Part shown: piece by piece, positions 1 through 12,400 of the stretch | How the letters are laid out: every line of letters begins with the position of its first letter | Position numbering within the stretch: position 1 is the first letter of the stretch | Virus record (IMG/VR): IMGVR_UViG_2925897562_000001 | Strand: one strand, 5' to 3' | DNA length: 64,000 nucleotides | Origin: a virus | Taxonomy: Duplodnaviria > Heunggongvirae > Uroviricota > Caudoviricetes | Notes under the pieces: model-generated | The model's database searches: none | What the model saw: the letters and a program-made list of their open reading frames with translations, nothing else | What the model was told of the DNA's origin: nothing | Position numbers and translations under genes: made by a program

Positions 1-17
1 ATCGTATATTGAAGAAA

Positions 18-41
18 TCCCGCCAATTGGCGGGATTTTTA
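18..41. terminator. hairpin aaatcccgcc-aatt-ggcgggattttt, bidirectional terminator downstream of the minus-strand gene ending at 44
   Basis: 8-bp GC-rich inverted repeat with flanking A/T runs read directly in sequence. Confidence 0.5.
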
Positions 42-43
42 CC

Positions 44-1138
44 TCACGAGAAACTCTTTTCTGATGTCAGCCAACAGTGCTCGTGCATATCTCTTGGTGG
101 TTTTTCGACAAATGCCTCTTCAGCCACATCCTGCCAGGGGATTTGTTTAGCCCATTCAGTTATAGCGTTATGGTTTGCCGAGAATAACGGTATTGTATAG
201 GCCTTCAGCCAGTCTAATGTGCTGGAGTTGTGTTTTTGAGCGTGATGTTTCGCATGGTGTTTGGCGATCACGATCGTAGGCACTACCCATTTACTACCGT
301 CAGTCATTGTGAAGTGCATATTACGGGGAACAGATGACTTTTCCATCAACTCCCGAATCCCGGGGAATTTCCCCAAGATCAATCGGCGATATTCATCGCT
401 ATTGCGCCCACCAAACTCTTTGGCTTTGAATTCAAGATATGCTTCAGAAACGAGAGGTGAATCCTCTGTGTTTAGAGTTATCGCCGTGAAAAAACCAGCA
501 GGATTGTTTTTACTATGGGCCAACCGGTGATGCGAATCATAAAAGTACCCTTTCTCGCGTTCCGATGGTTTCGACAGCAACAGCAGGCGCGAGTCATAAT
601 TGGTTAAATTGCCAGTTATCACTGCATGAGCGCGATCGCTGATTTCCGCCGAGTTAATAACGATGAAAAGATCGTGCGGTCCAGTAAAACCAGCCAGAGA
701 CTCTTCGTTATTCAGACAATAGGTTATATAGACGCATCCCCATGTTTCACTGATATGCACCAACCCTTTGTCAGGGTGTATTCTGAAATAATTGCCAAGA
801 AAAGGGTGTTTTTGGGTAACTCGCTCCCAATAACGGAACATATAGTCAATTATTGTTTTTCGACAATCGTTAATCGCAGGAGAAACAACCACTGTACGGG
901 AACACGAATACAGTATTGTTTGCAGGATGCTAATCACTGCCACAATAGAGGTTTCCCCAATACCATGTGGTGTGGTGGCAGTGATTTTGGCTCCGGTGTT
1001 CTTTATCGCGTTAATAATTTTTGCTTGATGAGGTGTTAACTCAATATCAAGCAACTCTTTTGCTGCCAGTTCCCAATTGTCTTTATACCGTTCTATCAGT
1101 GCTAACCAGGCAGATTCATTCTGTATACGATTAATCAC
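44..1138 (-). CDS. terminase large-subunit (PacB) N-terminal ATPase-domain paralog with degenerate Walker A/B; no nuclease domain
   Basis: 364 aa, GTG start with GAGGTG SD; aligns by eye to PacB of this window (HGIGETS vs GHGTGKSD; LFIVINSAE vs LYIIDEASG; LLLLSKPSEREKGYFYDSHHRLA vs [21 protein letters not shown]); start overlaps stop of upstream ORF. Confidence 0.6.
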   Translation of the reverse strand: MINRIQNESAWLALIERYKDNWELAAKELLDIELTPHQAKIINAIKNTGAKITATTPHGIGETSIVAVISILQTILYSCSRTVVVSPAINDCRKTIIDYMFRYWERVTQKHPFLGNYFRIHPDKGLVHISETWGCVYITYCLNNEESLAGFTGPHDLFIVINSAEISDRAHAVITGNLTNYDSRLLLLSKPSEREKGYFYDSHHRLAHSKNNPAGFFTAITLNTEDSPLVSEAYLEFKAKEFGGRNSDEYRRLILGKFPGIRELMEKSSVPRNMHFTMTDGSKWVVPTIVIAKHHAKHHAQKHNSSTLDWLKAYTIPLFSANHNAITEWAKQIPWQDVAEEAFVEKPPRDMHEHCWLTSEKSFS

Positions 1139-2033
1139 TTTCCACCTCTTCCGTGGTGTTTTCTTGCAGTTCTGTTAATGCAGCACGACATAGGTTCCGG
1201 GCATTGGCTATAGCCACACTTTTGACTTCATCCGTCATCGTGCAGGTAATGTACTGATCGAGTTCTTCAGCGCGGATGATGCTTTTGCCAATCAGAAACT
1301 GTATTTGCCATAGCAGATCGGCATCCATAATCAGAATTTCTGCCGGGCCTTCAGGGCCAGCCGGGAAGGAAACATAAGACTGTTTGCCCAGGCCGACAAC
1401 TCGACAACTTGCTTCAAGAATTGCGCGCTTGAGGTCTGACTTTATAACGGAAACAGGTTGATTTTCACCAGTGATTACGCCGTTGACATGGAAAGGCATG
1501 TAGCTTGAAATACGCTCTACTTTCCACACGCCAGCAAGCGATCCTTCATGCAGCACAATGGGGGTAACCGCGAGTTTCATCTCACCATATAACTGCTGGC
1601 AGATAGCTGGATTGCTGAATACATCTAAAGGCTCACATTCAAACAGCTGCGCAATCTGCATGAGGTCCATCATGGTCATCCCTGGGGTACGAGCAGTAAT
1701 GAATTTGCGCATACCAGTATCCATTGCGCTCCAGATTGCTACACCATGCTTTTTGCTCACTTCTTCAGTAAAGCCAAGGTGGCACATGATGGTTTTTTCG
1801 ATAGCCAGATCAGAGATAGAAACCTTTTCGCCAGGTACTCCATCATTATTGATGGTCACTTCGACACTCTGGCCATTACGTAGGCGGTATTGAATGGTTT
1901 TAGTATTTTGTGCTGTCATAGTCTTTTCTCTGCTTAAAAACTGATGTATTGCGTCTTCAGGTGGGTTAGGAATGTTTTCCCACCAGCGAAAGCAATATCT
2001 CGTGGTGTTCTGTTCGTTAAAAACGCGTGCCAT
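1131..2033 (-). CDS. hypothetical protein, translationally coupled to the PacB-like paralog
   Basis: long ORF between ssb and the PacB paralog; start uncertain (ATG 2033 or ATG 1919); no recognisable motif. Confidence 0.5.
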   Translation of the reverse strand: MARVFNEQNTTRYCFRWWENIPNPPEDAIHQFLSREKTMTAQNTKTIQYRLRNGQSVEVTINNDGVPGEKVSISDLAIEKTIMCHLGFTEEVSKKHGVAIWSAMDTGMRKFITARTPGMTMMDLMQIAQLFECEPLDVFSNPAICQQLYGEMKLAVTPIVLHEGSLAGVWKVERISSYMPFHVNGVITGENQPVSVIKSDLKRAILEASCRVVGLGKQSYVSFPAGPEGPAEILIMDADLLWQIQFLIGKSIIRAEELDQYITCTMTDEVKSVAIANARNLCRAALTELQENTTEEVESD

Positions 2034-2121
2034 TGCCAACTTTGGCGTTTTTTAGCGAGTTCGTGCTTTTGTTGGCGTTTGGACCACCGCTTTTCTTTCA
2101 GTCGTTTTTTACTCATAAACT

Positions 2122-2610
2122 CTAAAACGGAATATCGTCTTCAAAGTCCATTGGAGGTTCGTTATTGGCGCTGCTCTGAGGTTTGCCGCCACCGCTGTAT
2201 TGCTGGTGGTTTTGAGGTTGGTTTGACTGCCCCCAGCCATTTGAGGACTGTGAATCGTCGCGGCGAGTGTCGATCATTTGCATGGTGCCGCCCTGGCTGA
2301 CGATAATTTCCGTCGTGTAACGTTCTACACCGGCGTCATCAGTCCACTTACGGGTTTTAAGTTTCCCTTCGATGTAGACCTGAGAACCTTTTCGTAAATA
2401 CTCACTCGCAATTTCAGCAAGTTTTCCGAACAAAACGACTTTATGCCATTCTGTTTGCTCTTTCTGTTGGCCCGTTTGCTTATCGCGCCATGATTCATTC
2501 GTTGCGATGCTGAGTCTTCCGACTGCGCCGCCATTTGGTATATACCTGATCTCCGGGTCTTGCCCCAGGGTACCAATCAGGATGACTTTATTTACACCGC
2601 GTTGTGCCAC
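2122..2610 (-). CDS. ssb: single-stranded DNA-binding protein
   Basis: 162 aa; SSB-like OB-fold N-terminus, Gly/Gln-rich linker and acidic tail DFEDDIPF. Confidence 0.95.
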   Translation of the reverse strand: MAQRGVNKVILIGTLGQDPEIRYIPNGGAVGRLSIATNESWRDKQTGQQKEQTEWHKVVLFGKLAEIASEYLRKGSQVYIEGKLKTRKWTDDAGVERYTTEIIVSQGGTMQMIDTRRDDSQSSNGWGQSNQPQNHQQYSGGGKPQSSANNEPPMDFEDDIPF

Positions 2611-2629
2611 TTTTCTTACCTAATAAAAT

Positions 2630-2646
2630 AAATTAATTAGGGCAAT
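2630..2646 (-). promoter_or_regulatory. C1 repressor operator-like site (ATTGCCCTAATTAATTT, 2 mismatches to consensus) 20 bp upstream of ssb
   Basis: match to 17-bp asymmetric P1 C1 operator consensus ATTGCTCTAATAAATTT. Confidence 0.4.
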
Positions 2647-2670
2647 AATGTATATCTTTGAAACGTGGCT

Positions 2671-2692
2671 AACAAGTGATTTGCATTATCCT
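2671..2692 (+). promoter_or_regulatory. late-promoter-like element AACAAGTGATT-N5-TATCCT upstream of lyz
   Basis: same box-N5-TANNNT arrangement recurs upstream of prt, pacA, baseplate operon and gene 23. Confidence 0.5.
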
Positions 2693-2779
2693 GTGCCTTC
2701 TAAAGGGATCGAGTCAGTCGGTATTGGCTGTGAATGAGTGTTTGTCCTGGAGCGTAAAAAATTCGCTTATGAGGTCTTT

Positions 2780-3337
2780 ATGAAGGGAAAAACAGCCGCA
2801 GGAGGCGGTGCAATTTGCGCTATCGCGGTGATGATTACCATCGTGATGGGTAATGGCAATGTGCGAACCAACCAGGCGGGGCTTGAGCTGATTGGTAACG
2901 CTGAAGGTTGCCGACGTGATCCATACATGTGCCCGGCGGGGGTATGGACTGACGGGATCGGTAATACACACGGGGTAACGCCGGGTGTGCGAAAAACCGA
3001 CCAGCAAATCGCCGCTGATTGGGAAAAGAATATCCTGATCGCTGAACGCTGTATTAATCAGCACTTCCGGGGCAAAGACATGCCCGATAATGCCTTCAGT
3101 GCAATGACAAGCGCGGCATTCAATATGGGATGCAATAGCTTACGGACCTACTACAGCAAAGCGCGAGGCATGCGAGTAGAAACGTCCATCCACAAGTGGG
3201 CGCAGAAAGGGGAATGGGTGAATATGTGTAACCATCTCCCTGATTTCGTGAACAGTAACGGCGTGCCCCTGCGAGGTTTAAAGATTCGCCGTGAAAAAGA
3301 ACGCCAGCTTTGCCTGACGGGGCTTGTCAATGAATAA
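2780..3337 (+). CDS. lyz: endolysin (lysozyme) with N-terminal SAR-like hydrophobic segment
   Basis: 185 aa from ATG 2780 (ORF track opens at 2738); N-terminal GGGAICAIAVMITIVMG then lysozyme-like domain; matches recalled P1 Lyz. Confidence 0.9.
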   Translation: MKGKTAAGGGAICAIAVMITIVMGNGNVRTNQAGLELIGNAEGCRRDPYMCPAGVWTDGIGNTHGVTPGVRKTDQQIAADWEKNILIAERCINQHFRGKDMPDNAFSAMTSAAFNMGCNSLRTYYSKARGMRVETSIHKWAQKGEWVNMCNHLPDFVNSNGVPLRGLKIRREKERQLCLTGLVNE

Positions 3338-3584
3338 ACTCCGGCAGCTCCGCCGACTTTCGACAATGAAGTTATCGCTGGCGGCGATAGTTTTTGACTC
3401 GATTTTCATGGCGGTATATGTGCTCAATGAGACGTGGCCACTGGAACCGCTATTGTATGCCGGGCTTCGGCTGTGCCTGACATTTTTGAGCATGGCTGCG
3501 AGATTGATGCAGCAGAAAGAAACCGCTTCAGATTGTCCACGCCGCGCGGTGCGCAAATATATGGCACGCAGGCGAAGGCGATAA
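3330..3584 (+). CDS. small two-TM membrane protein with poly-Arg C-terminus (holin/pinholin-like), overlapping lyz stop
   Basis: 84 aa from ATG 3330; hydrophobic stretches LSLAAIVFDSIFMAVYVL and LLYAGLRLCLTFLSMAA; tail RRAVRKYMARRRRR; followed by terminator. Confidence 0.5.
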   Translation: MNKLRQLRRLSTMKLSLAAIVFDSIFMAVYVLNETWPLEPLLYAGLRLCLTFLSMAARLMQQKETASDCPRRAVRKYMARRRRR

Positions 3585-3597
3585 TAGTTAACGAGAA

Positions 3598-3624
3598 CCC
3601 CGGCAGCTGCCGGGGTTATTTTTG
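3598..3624. terminator. rho-independent terminator ccccggcagctgccgggg + T-run between lyz operon and pro
   Basis: perfect 18-bp palindrome followed by ttattttt. Confidence 0.6.
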
Positions 3625-3628
3625 GTGG

Positions 3629-6359
<2,731 letters not shown>

Positions 6360-6383
6360 TTAATTAGAATAATTCGCATCGTG

Positions 6384-6405
6384 TTTGAACGGAAATTTAA
6401 CACTA
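6384..6405 (-). promoter_or_regulatory. late-promoter-like element (minus strand AACAAGTGACT-N5-TAAATT) upstream of prt
   Basis: box on reverse strand 45 bp upstream of prt start in prt/darB divergent region. Confidence 0.5.
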
Positions 6406-6426
6406 GTCACTTGTTAAGGATTACCA

Positions 6427-9400
6427 ATGAACAAGCTATCTATGGGGGTGTTTCGCTGTTCAAGTGTCAGCGAAATATTGAAATACATTAGGGCAATAAC
6501 ATCTCACCGAGCGCCGATTAAATACGGCGTGGAAAAGGTGGAAGGCAAAAGCTATGACCGACTGCGCCGTGAGGCGAATCAGAAGGCGATAGATTTGCTT
6601 AATTCGCTGGTGGACGGCGCGACACTGACAGATGAACAGCGCCAGATCCTGGCTGGGTACACCGGTGAAGGCGGCATTGGCGGGTCCGTCTCCGAATATT
6701 ACACACCAAAGCCGATCGCTGAAGGTGTCTGGGAGATCATGAAGCTCTACGGCGCGGACGTAGGTAACACTCTGGAACCATCGGCGGGAACCGGCGTTTT
6801 TAATGAGACAAAACCGGTTGGTACGGTGATGACCGCGACTGAGATCAGCAGTGTTTCCGGTCGTATAAACCAGCTGTTGCACCCGGAAGACAGCGTACAG
6901 ATTTCTCCGTTCGAACAACTGGCTGTAAGCACGCCTAACGATTCATTCGACCATGTTGTGGGTAACGTTCCGTTCGGTGGTCGTGATAACACACGCAACA
7001 TCGATAAGCCTTACGCAGAAGAAACGGACATGGGTTCTTACTTCATGCTCCGCATGCTGGACAAGATAAAGCCAGGCGGATTCATGTGCGTGATTGTGCC
7101 GCCGTCCATTGTTTCAGGTTCAAACATGAAGCGGTTACGCCTGCGCCTATCACGGAAAGCTGAATTTCTTGGTGCCCACCGCTTGCCTACCGGTACTTTT
7201 GACGCAAACGGGACCAGTACAGTTGTTGATGTGGTGCTGATGCGCAAACATCCGGCAGAGATGGCTGAGAAAATCCCCCTGGTGGATGAAAGCACTCTCG
7301 AATCGGCAAATGTGCTTTGGCCAACGTTTATTTCTGGCAAGTGGTTTGAAAAGGACGGCCGCCGGTTTGTTCATGGCACCCAGGAAAAGGGCTTCCAGGG
7401 GCGTATTGAGGTTCGTGCCGACGGTCAGATTGATAACCAGGCTCTTAAAGCGAAGCTGATTCATCGTTTCGAAAGCCGTATCGACTGGTCTTTGCTCGAT
7501 ATGGCTGAACCGTCACCGACCGCAGACGTTGTTGGTGAAGGGGAAATGCGCCTGATTAATGGCGTATGGCAAAAATATGCTGGTGGTCGCTGGATTGAAG
7601 CTGATGCCGGGAAGGAACTTAAGATCGATGCTGCCAGTTATGGCGCGGATAGCTGGGAGGCTCTTCAGCGTAACCTGACTACAACAGAAGGCCGTCTCGG
7701 CATGACATTTACCCAGATGGCAAATGTCCGCGATAAGTACACCACATCAATCAGCGACGATATGGTGCAGCTGGTGGACTGGATTAACAGCCAGCCTGAA
7801 AAATACCGTGAACGCTTGTATCGCGGGGCGATGATTGGCCGGATGTTAATTGAATATCAGGACATGAAGGCCGCCGGGCATAGTGCTGAACAAATCGAAC
7901 AGCAGCGCCTTTCTCTGGTATCCCGTTTGCAGGCAGAGATTGACCGTTTTGGTAACCCCGGTCGCGGTCCGATAGCGAAATTGTCGGGGAGCGGTGCGCG
8001 CGCCTGGTTTGCTTTCCGTGGTGCAATTAAGCTGGATGGCACTATTTCTGACGAGCTGACAGGGAAGCTGGTTACGCATGATTCCAGCGCAAGTTATGAC
8101 TCCACCAGCTATCAGGACACCCTGCGTTATCTCTATAGCGATCTCACCCGCGATCCAATCCAGCTCGATGATTTCCGCCTTGCGTTTACCGGCGAACTGC
8201 CAGCCAGTGATGAAGAGTTGCTTAATTTATTGGCCAGCACCCCTGGTATTGCGGTTTCACCGTATGGCGGGATTGTTCCGTTCGCCCGCGCCACCAGCGG
8301 CGACATTAACGAGATAGTGGCTCCAAAACAGGAATTCCTCGCCACACTCCCCGACGGTCCAGTAAAGAACAACGTCCTTAATCAGCTGGCAGCTATCGAA
8401 GAGAAGCGCATCAAGACGCCAGCAGAGAATATCCGGTTTAAGCTCAATAGCCGTTGGTTCGACCGTTCCGTCATTCTGGAATTTTTGCAGGAAAACGGCT
8501 ATCCGGATCTGCGCTATGTGCAGTCAGTGCAGCTGGAAGGCGACGAAATGGTTTCTGACACCTATCACGGTGGTGATGGTCTGTTCGTCGGGCACCGATA
8601 CGGTGTCGTCCAGCGCAAGGATAAAGAAACAGGTGAGATTCGCTACGAGTGGGACCGTAAATCAGGTGAAAACGCGACCGGGTTCCCGGCACAGCTGGAA
8701 AAGTATCTCAATGGTGCGCGTATCGGTGGCAAAGATAGCGCGACGGCGAACGGCTACCGCGAGCAGATGGCACTGCTTGAGGACCAGTTCAATAAGTGGA
8801 TCAAGACGCACGATCGCTACGATGAGCTGGTTGCCAAATACAACGATGTGTTCAATAGCAATATCCCGTATGAACACTCTGGCGATCCGCTTGGGTTGAA
8901 GGGATTAAGCGGTAAGCGCCAGCCATTTGATTACCAGAATAGCGAGGTGCGCCGACTGTCCGAAGATGGGCGCGGCATCCTGGGCTTCGGCACCGGGCTG
9001 GGTAAAACCACGACCGCGCTGGCGCTTGAGGCGTTCAACTATGAGAACGGTCGCTCCACCCGTACTGCGTATGTAGTGCCTAAATCAGTGCTGGAAAACT
9101 GGTATTACGAAGCAAAAGAATTCCTGAGTGAAGAGGCATTCAGTAACTACCTGTTCGTCGGTCTTGATGTGCTGATGGATGGCGATCAGATTCGCCAGGT
9201 GCCGGTGCTCGATGAGAACGGTAAACCTGTTCTTGGTACTGATGGCACTCCAGTTATGCGCGATGCCTTAAAACTGGCAGATGAAGCCACTATCACGGCG
9301 CGGATGAACGCGATCCCGCACTCAAATTACCGTGCAGTCGTGTTTACCAAAGAACAATACGCCCGCATTCCGCTACGTGATGACACCGTAGATGAGCATG

Positions 9401-12400
9401 CACAGGATATGCTTTATGACTTCGTTGCCGCCGGACGCGTAGCCAGCGCAATGGACTCCGACTCCCACCGCAAAGAGGCCGCGCGTCGCCGGGTATTGTC
9501 GGAGTATTCAGATACCGGCACCGAAAAAGCAGAGAAGTATCCGTACTTTGAGGATATGGGCTTCGATAGTGTGATCGCTGACGAAGGTCACAACTACCGC
9601 AATAGCTATAAAAATGGTCGCGAAGCGTCACAACTGGCCTATCTGCCCACCAGCGCGGTGGCGCAATCGGCGCGAGATATGGCAATTAAAAACGCGTACC
9701 TGATGAAAAAGAATGGTGGGCGCGGGCCGGTTCTCCTGACTGCAACGCCAGTCGTTAACACCCCGATCGATGCATACAACATGCTTTCTCATGTTCTGCC
9801 GAAGGAATACTGGCAGAACATGGGGATCTACGGTCCTGATGACTTCGTTAAATTCTTCGGCAAGACCAGGCTGGAAACGGTACAGAAAATTAGCGGTGAA
9901 GTTGAAGAAAAAATGGCGCTGGTGGGCTTTGAAAACCTTGATGCGCTGCGCGGTATATTCCATCGCTGGGTAACGCTTAAAACGGCGGAAGACGTTAAGG
10001 ATACCGTGGAGATCCCGGAGCTGGACGAACACCAGCAGGATGCACCACTTACTGAAGAACAACTGGCGGCGTATGAAGAATTGCGTCAGCAGGCGGAAGC
10101 GGCGGCCAAAGCCAACAATGGCGTAACGACCTCGGTCAATGAAGACGGCGTGATTGAGCACGAGAAAGCCCGTCCGATCTTCTCAATAATCAGGGATATG
10201 GACCGCGTATGTACTGACATGGACCTGTACTATCGCCGGATCACCTATCGTTTCCTGCCGGAGTACGCCGATGCGGTGCAGCAGCTGGCGGACAGTTTGC
10301 CTAAACAAGCCACCAGCGAAGACGACGACAGTGATGATTCAATCACGCAGCAATCGCAATACTCCCTGATAGATAAGGGCGAGTTTATTCAGTTGCAGGT
10401 TCCGGAAGCGTTCGAGCAGGAAGTGAATAAGCGCCTGGCCAGGTTTGGCATTGACGAACAGACCGTAACTCACCCCGTTACGCCCAAATACGCGAAGCTG
10501 ATTGCCACGCTGAAGGAGTTTTTCCCGGAAGGTAAGCAAATCATCTTCACCGATGAAAAAACGCAGCACCAGAAGCTCAAGCGCATTATCTGCAATGCTC
10601 TTAACCTTGAACCTTCAAAGGTGGGGATACTGAATGCTCAGACGGTTGCCGAGGCAGGTAAAACCGGTAAGAAACTGAAAGCGGTTAAACCGCCGAAAGA
10701 GTTACCGGATGAACCAACAGATGCACAGATAGCGAAATACAACGAGCAAATGGCTCTGTATGACGCCTATATCGCGCAGCAAAATGAAATGTCGTTGGGC
10801 GGTCTGGAAAAGATTGCAGCCGACTTCCAGGAGGGCCGGACTCCGATCATCATCTGCAACAAAAAGGCAGAGGTGGGTATCAACCTGCATCGAGGAACGA
10901 CTGACATCCATCATCTGACGTTGCCATGGACTCCAGCCAGTATTGCGCAACGAAACGGTCGCGGTGCCCGAGTTGGCTCCAACCGTGCAAGCGTTCGCGT
11001 TCACTACTACTGCGGCAAGGGGTCTTTCGATGAATACCGACTGAAGACGCTGAAGCGTAAAGCAGGCTGGATCTCCGATATCCTCCGTTCAGATAAGTCA
11101 GAAATGGAGAACGCCGACGCCAACGATATGATCGAAATGCAGATGTATACCGCGAAGGATGACGGCGAACGTCTGGCAATGATGCAGGTTCAAATGGATA
11201 AGGCGAAAGCTGCGAAACGCGCTCGCCAGAAAGAACAGGCTACTATCGACCTTCAGAACTACATCAAGGCGCAGCACGCAGCTGGTGAGGATGTGGAGGT
11301 ACTTACCGCTGAATTGGAGCGAAGCAAAGCGGAACTTGAAAAGACCACCGCCGACGTCGCCAAATTCAAACAGGCGGTAATGGCCAAAGCAGCTGATAAC
11401 GCAGACTGGAAAGCCCGCTGGGGTAGCGTCCATCACACAGACCGTATGTTGTTAGCACAGTATCGCGCGTCGTTGAAAAGCGCCATTCAGCGCAAGGCTA
11501 ATATCTCTCAGGCCATCTCCCGCTATGAGAAATTATTGAACCGTACTCAGAAGGCCGCGACGGATATCAAACGCCTGCGCCCGCTGGTGGAGGATGCAAT
11601 AAATAAAGGCATTCTGGATGTTGATCCTGATCTGGTTAACCATGCGAATGAGTTCCTTGTTATCGGCGATCGCTCATGGCGTGTAGGCCAATACTATGAT
11701 TGTGCCGGTGATATCGTTCGCATTAAGTCGCTGGACTTCGACAGCCAGCGCGCAGACGTGGAGATCATCTTTACCTTCAAAGGCACCAAATCGGGTAACT
11801 GGGATGTGAAGACGCTGGATAAACAGGTTGATGTAACTCCCGATGAAGATGCTGTTATGCAGAAAATCAGTGGTGGCGTCTCCATCGCCGGGATTAACGA
11901 CATCGTTTCCTGTGACGATTTCTACCGTTTCCAGCAGCGCGGCATGATCAAAATCACTGACTCATACGGCGTTCAGACTACAGAGTCAGGCTATAGCATT
12001 GATTTTGTTGGTACCTATACGGACCCACTGAAGCATGCGGTTTACCCGGATCGCCGTGACAGCGCGCTGAAGTCGTCAATTGCAAAATGGGTGCTTGGTA
12101 TGATGTCGGAAGGGAATAACCGCCAGATCCGTTCGGCAGAAACATTCCTGGTTGAACTGTTTGGCTCCAATTATGGCGATGTAATCGCGTCATACGGAGA
12201 TACGCTATCCCCTGAAGCAATTCAGGAGAAAATAGCGGATGCGATCGCCAGAATGCCGGAAAAAACAAGCCAGGGGGCTACTCGTAACGGGGATTCTGAA
12301 CTTGAAGTCACCAATGCCATTTTCGGTACCAATGAGTTCCGGGCGTCAGATTATGAGATCACCACAGCACAGTTTGGCACCATTGGCATTTACAGCAATA

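Noticed and set aside
9-200. 63-aa plus-strand ORF at the window start
   Set aside because: Antisense to the 3' end of the PacB-like gene and the terminator hairpin; no RBS.
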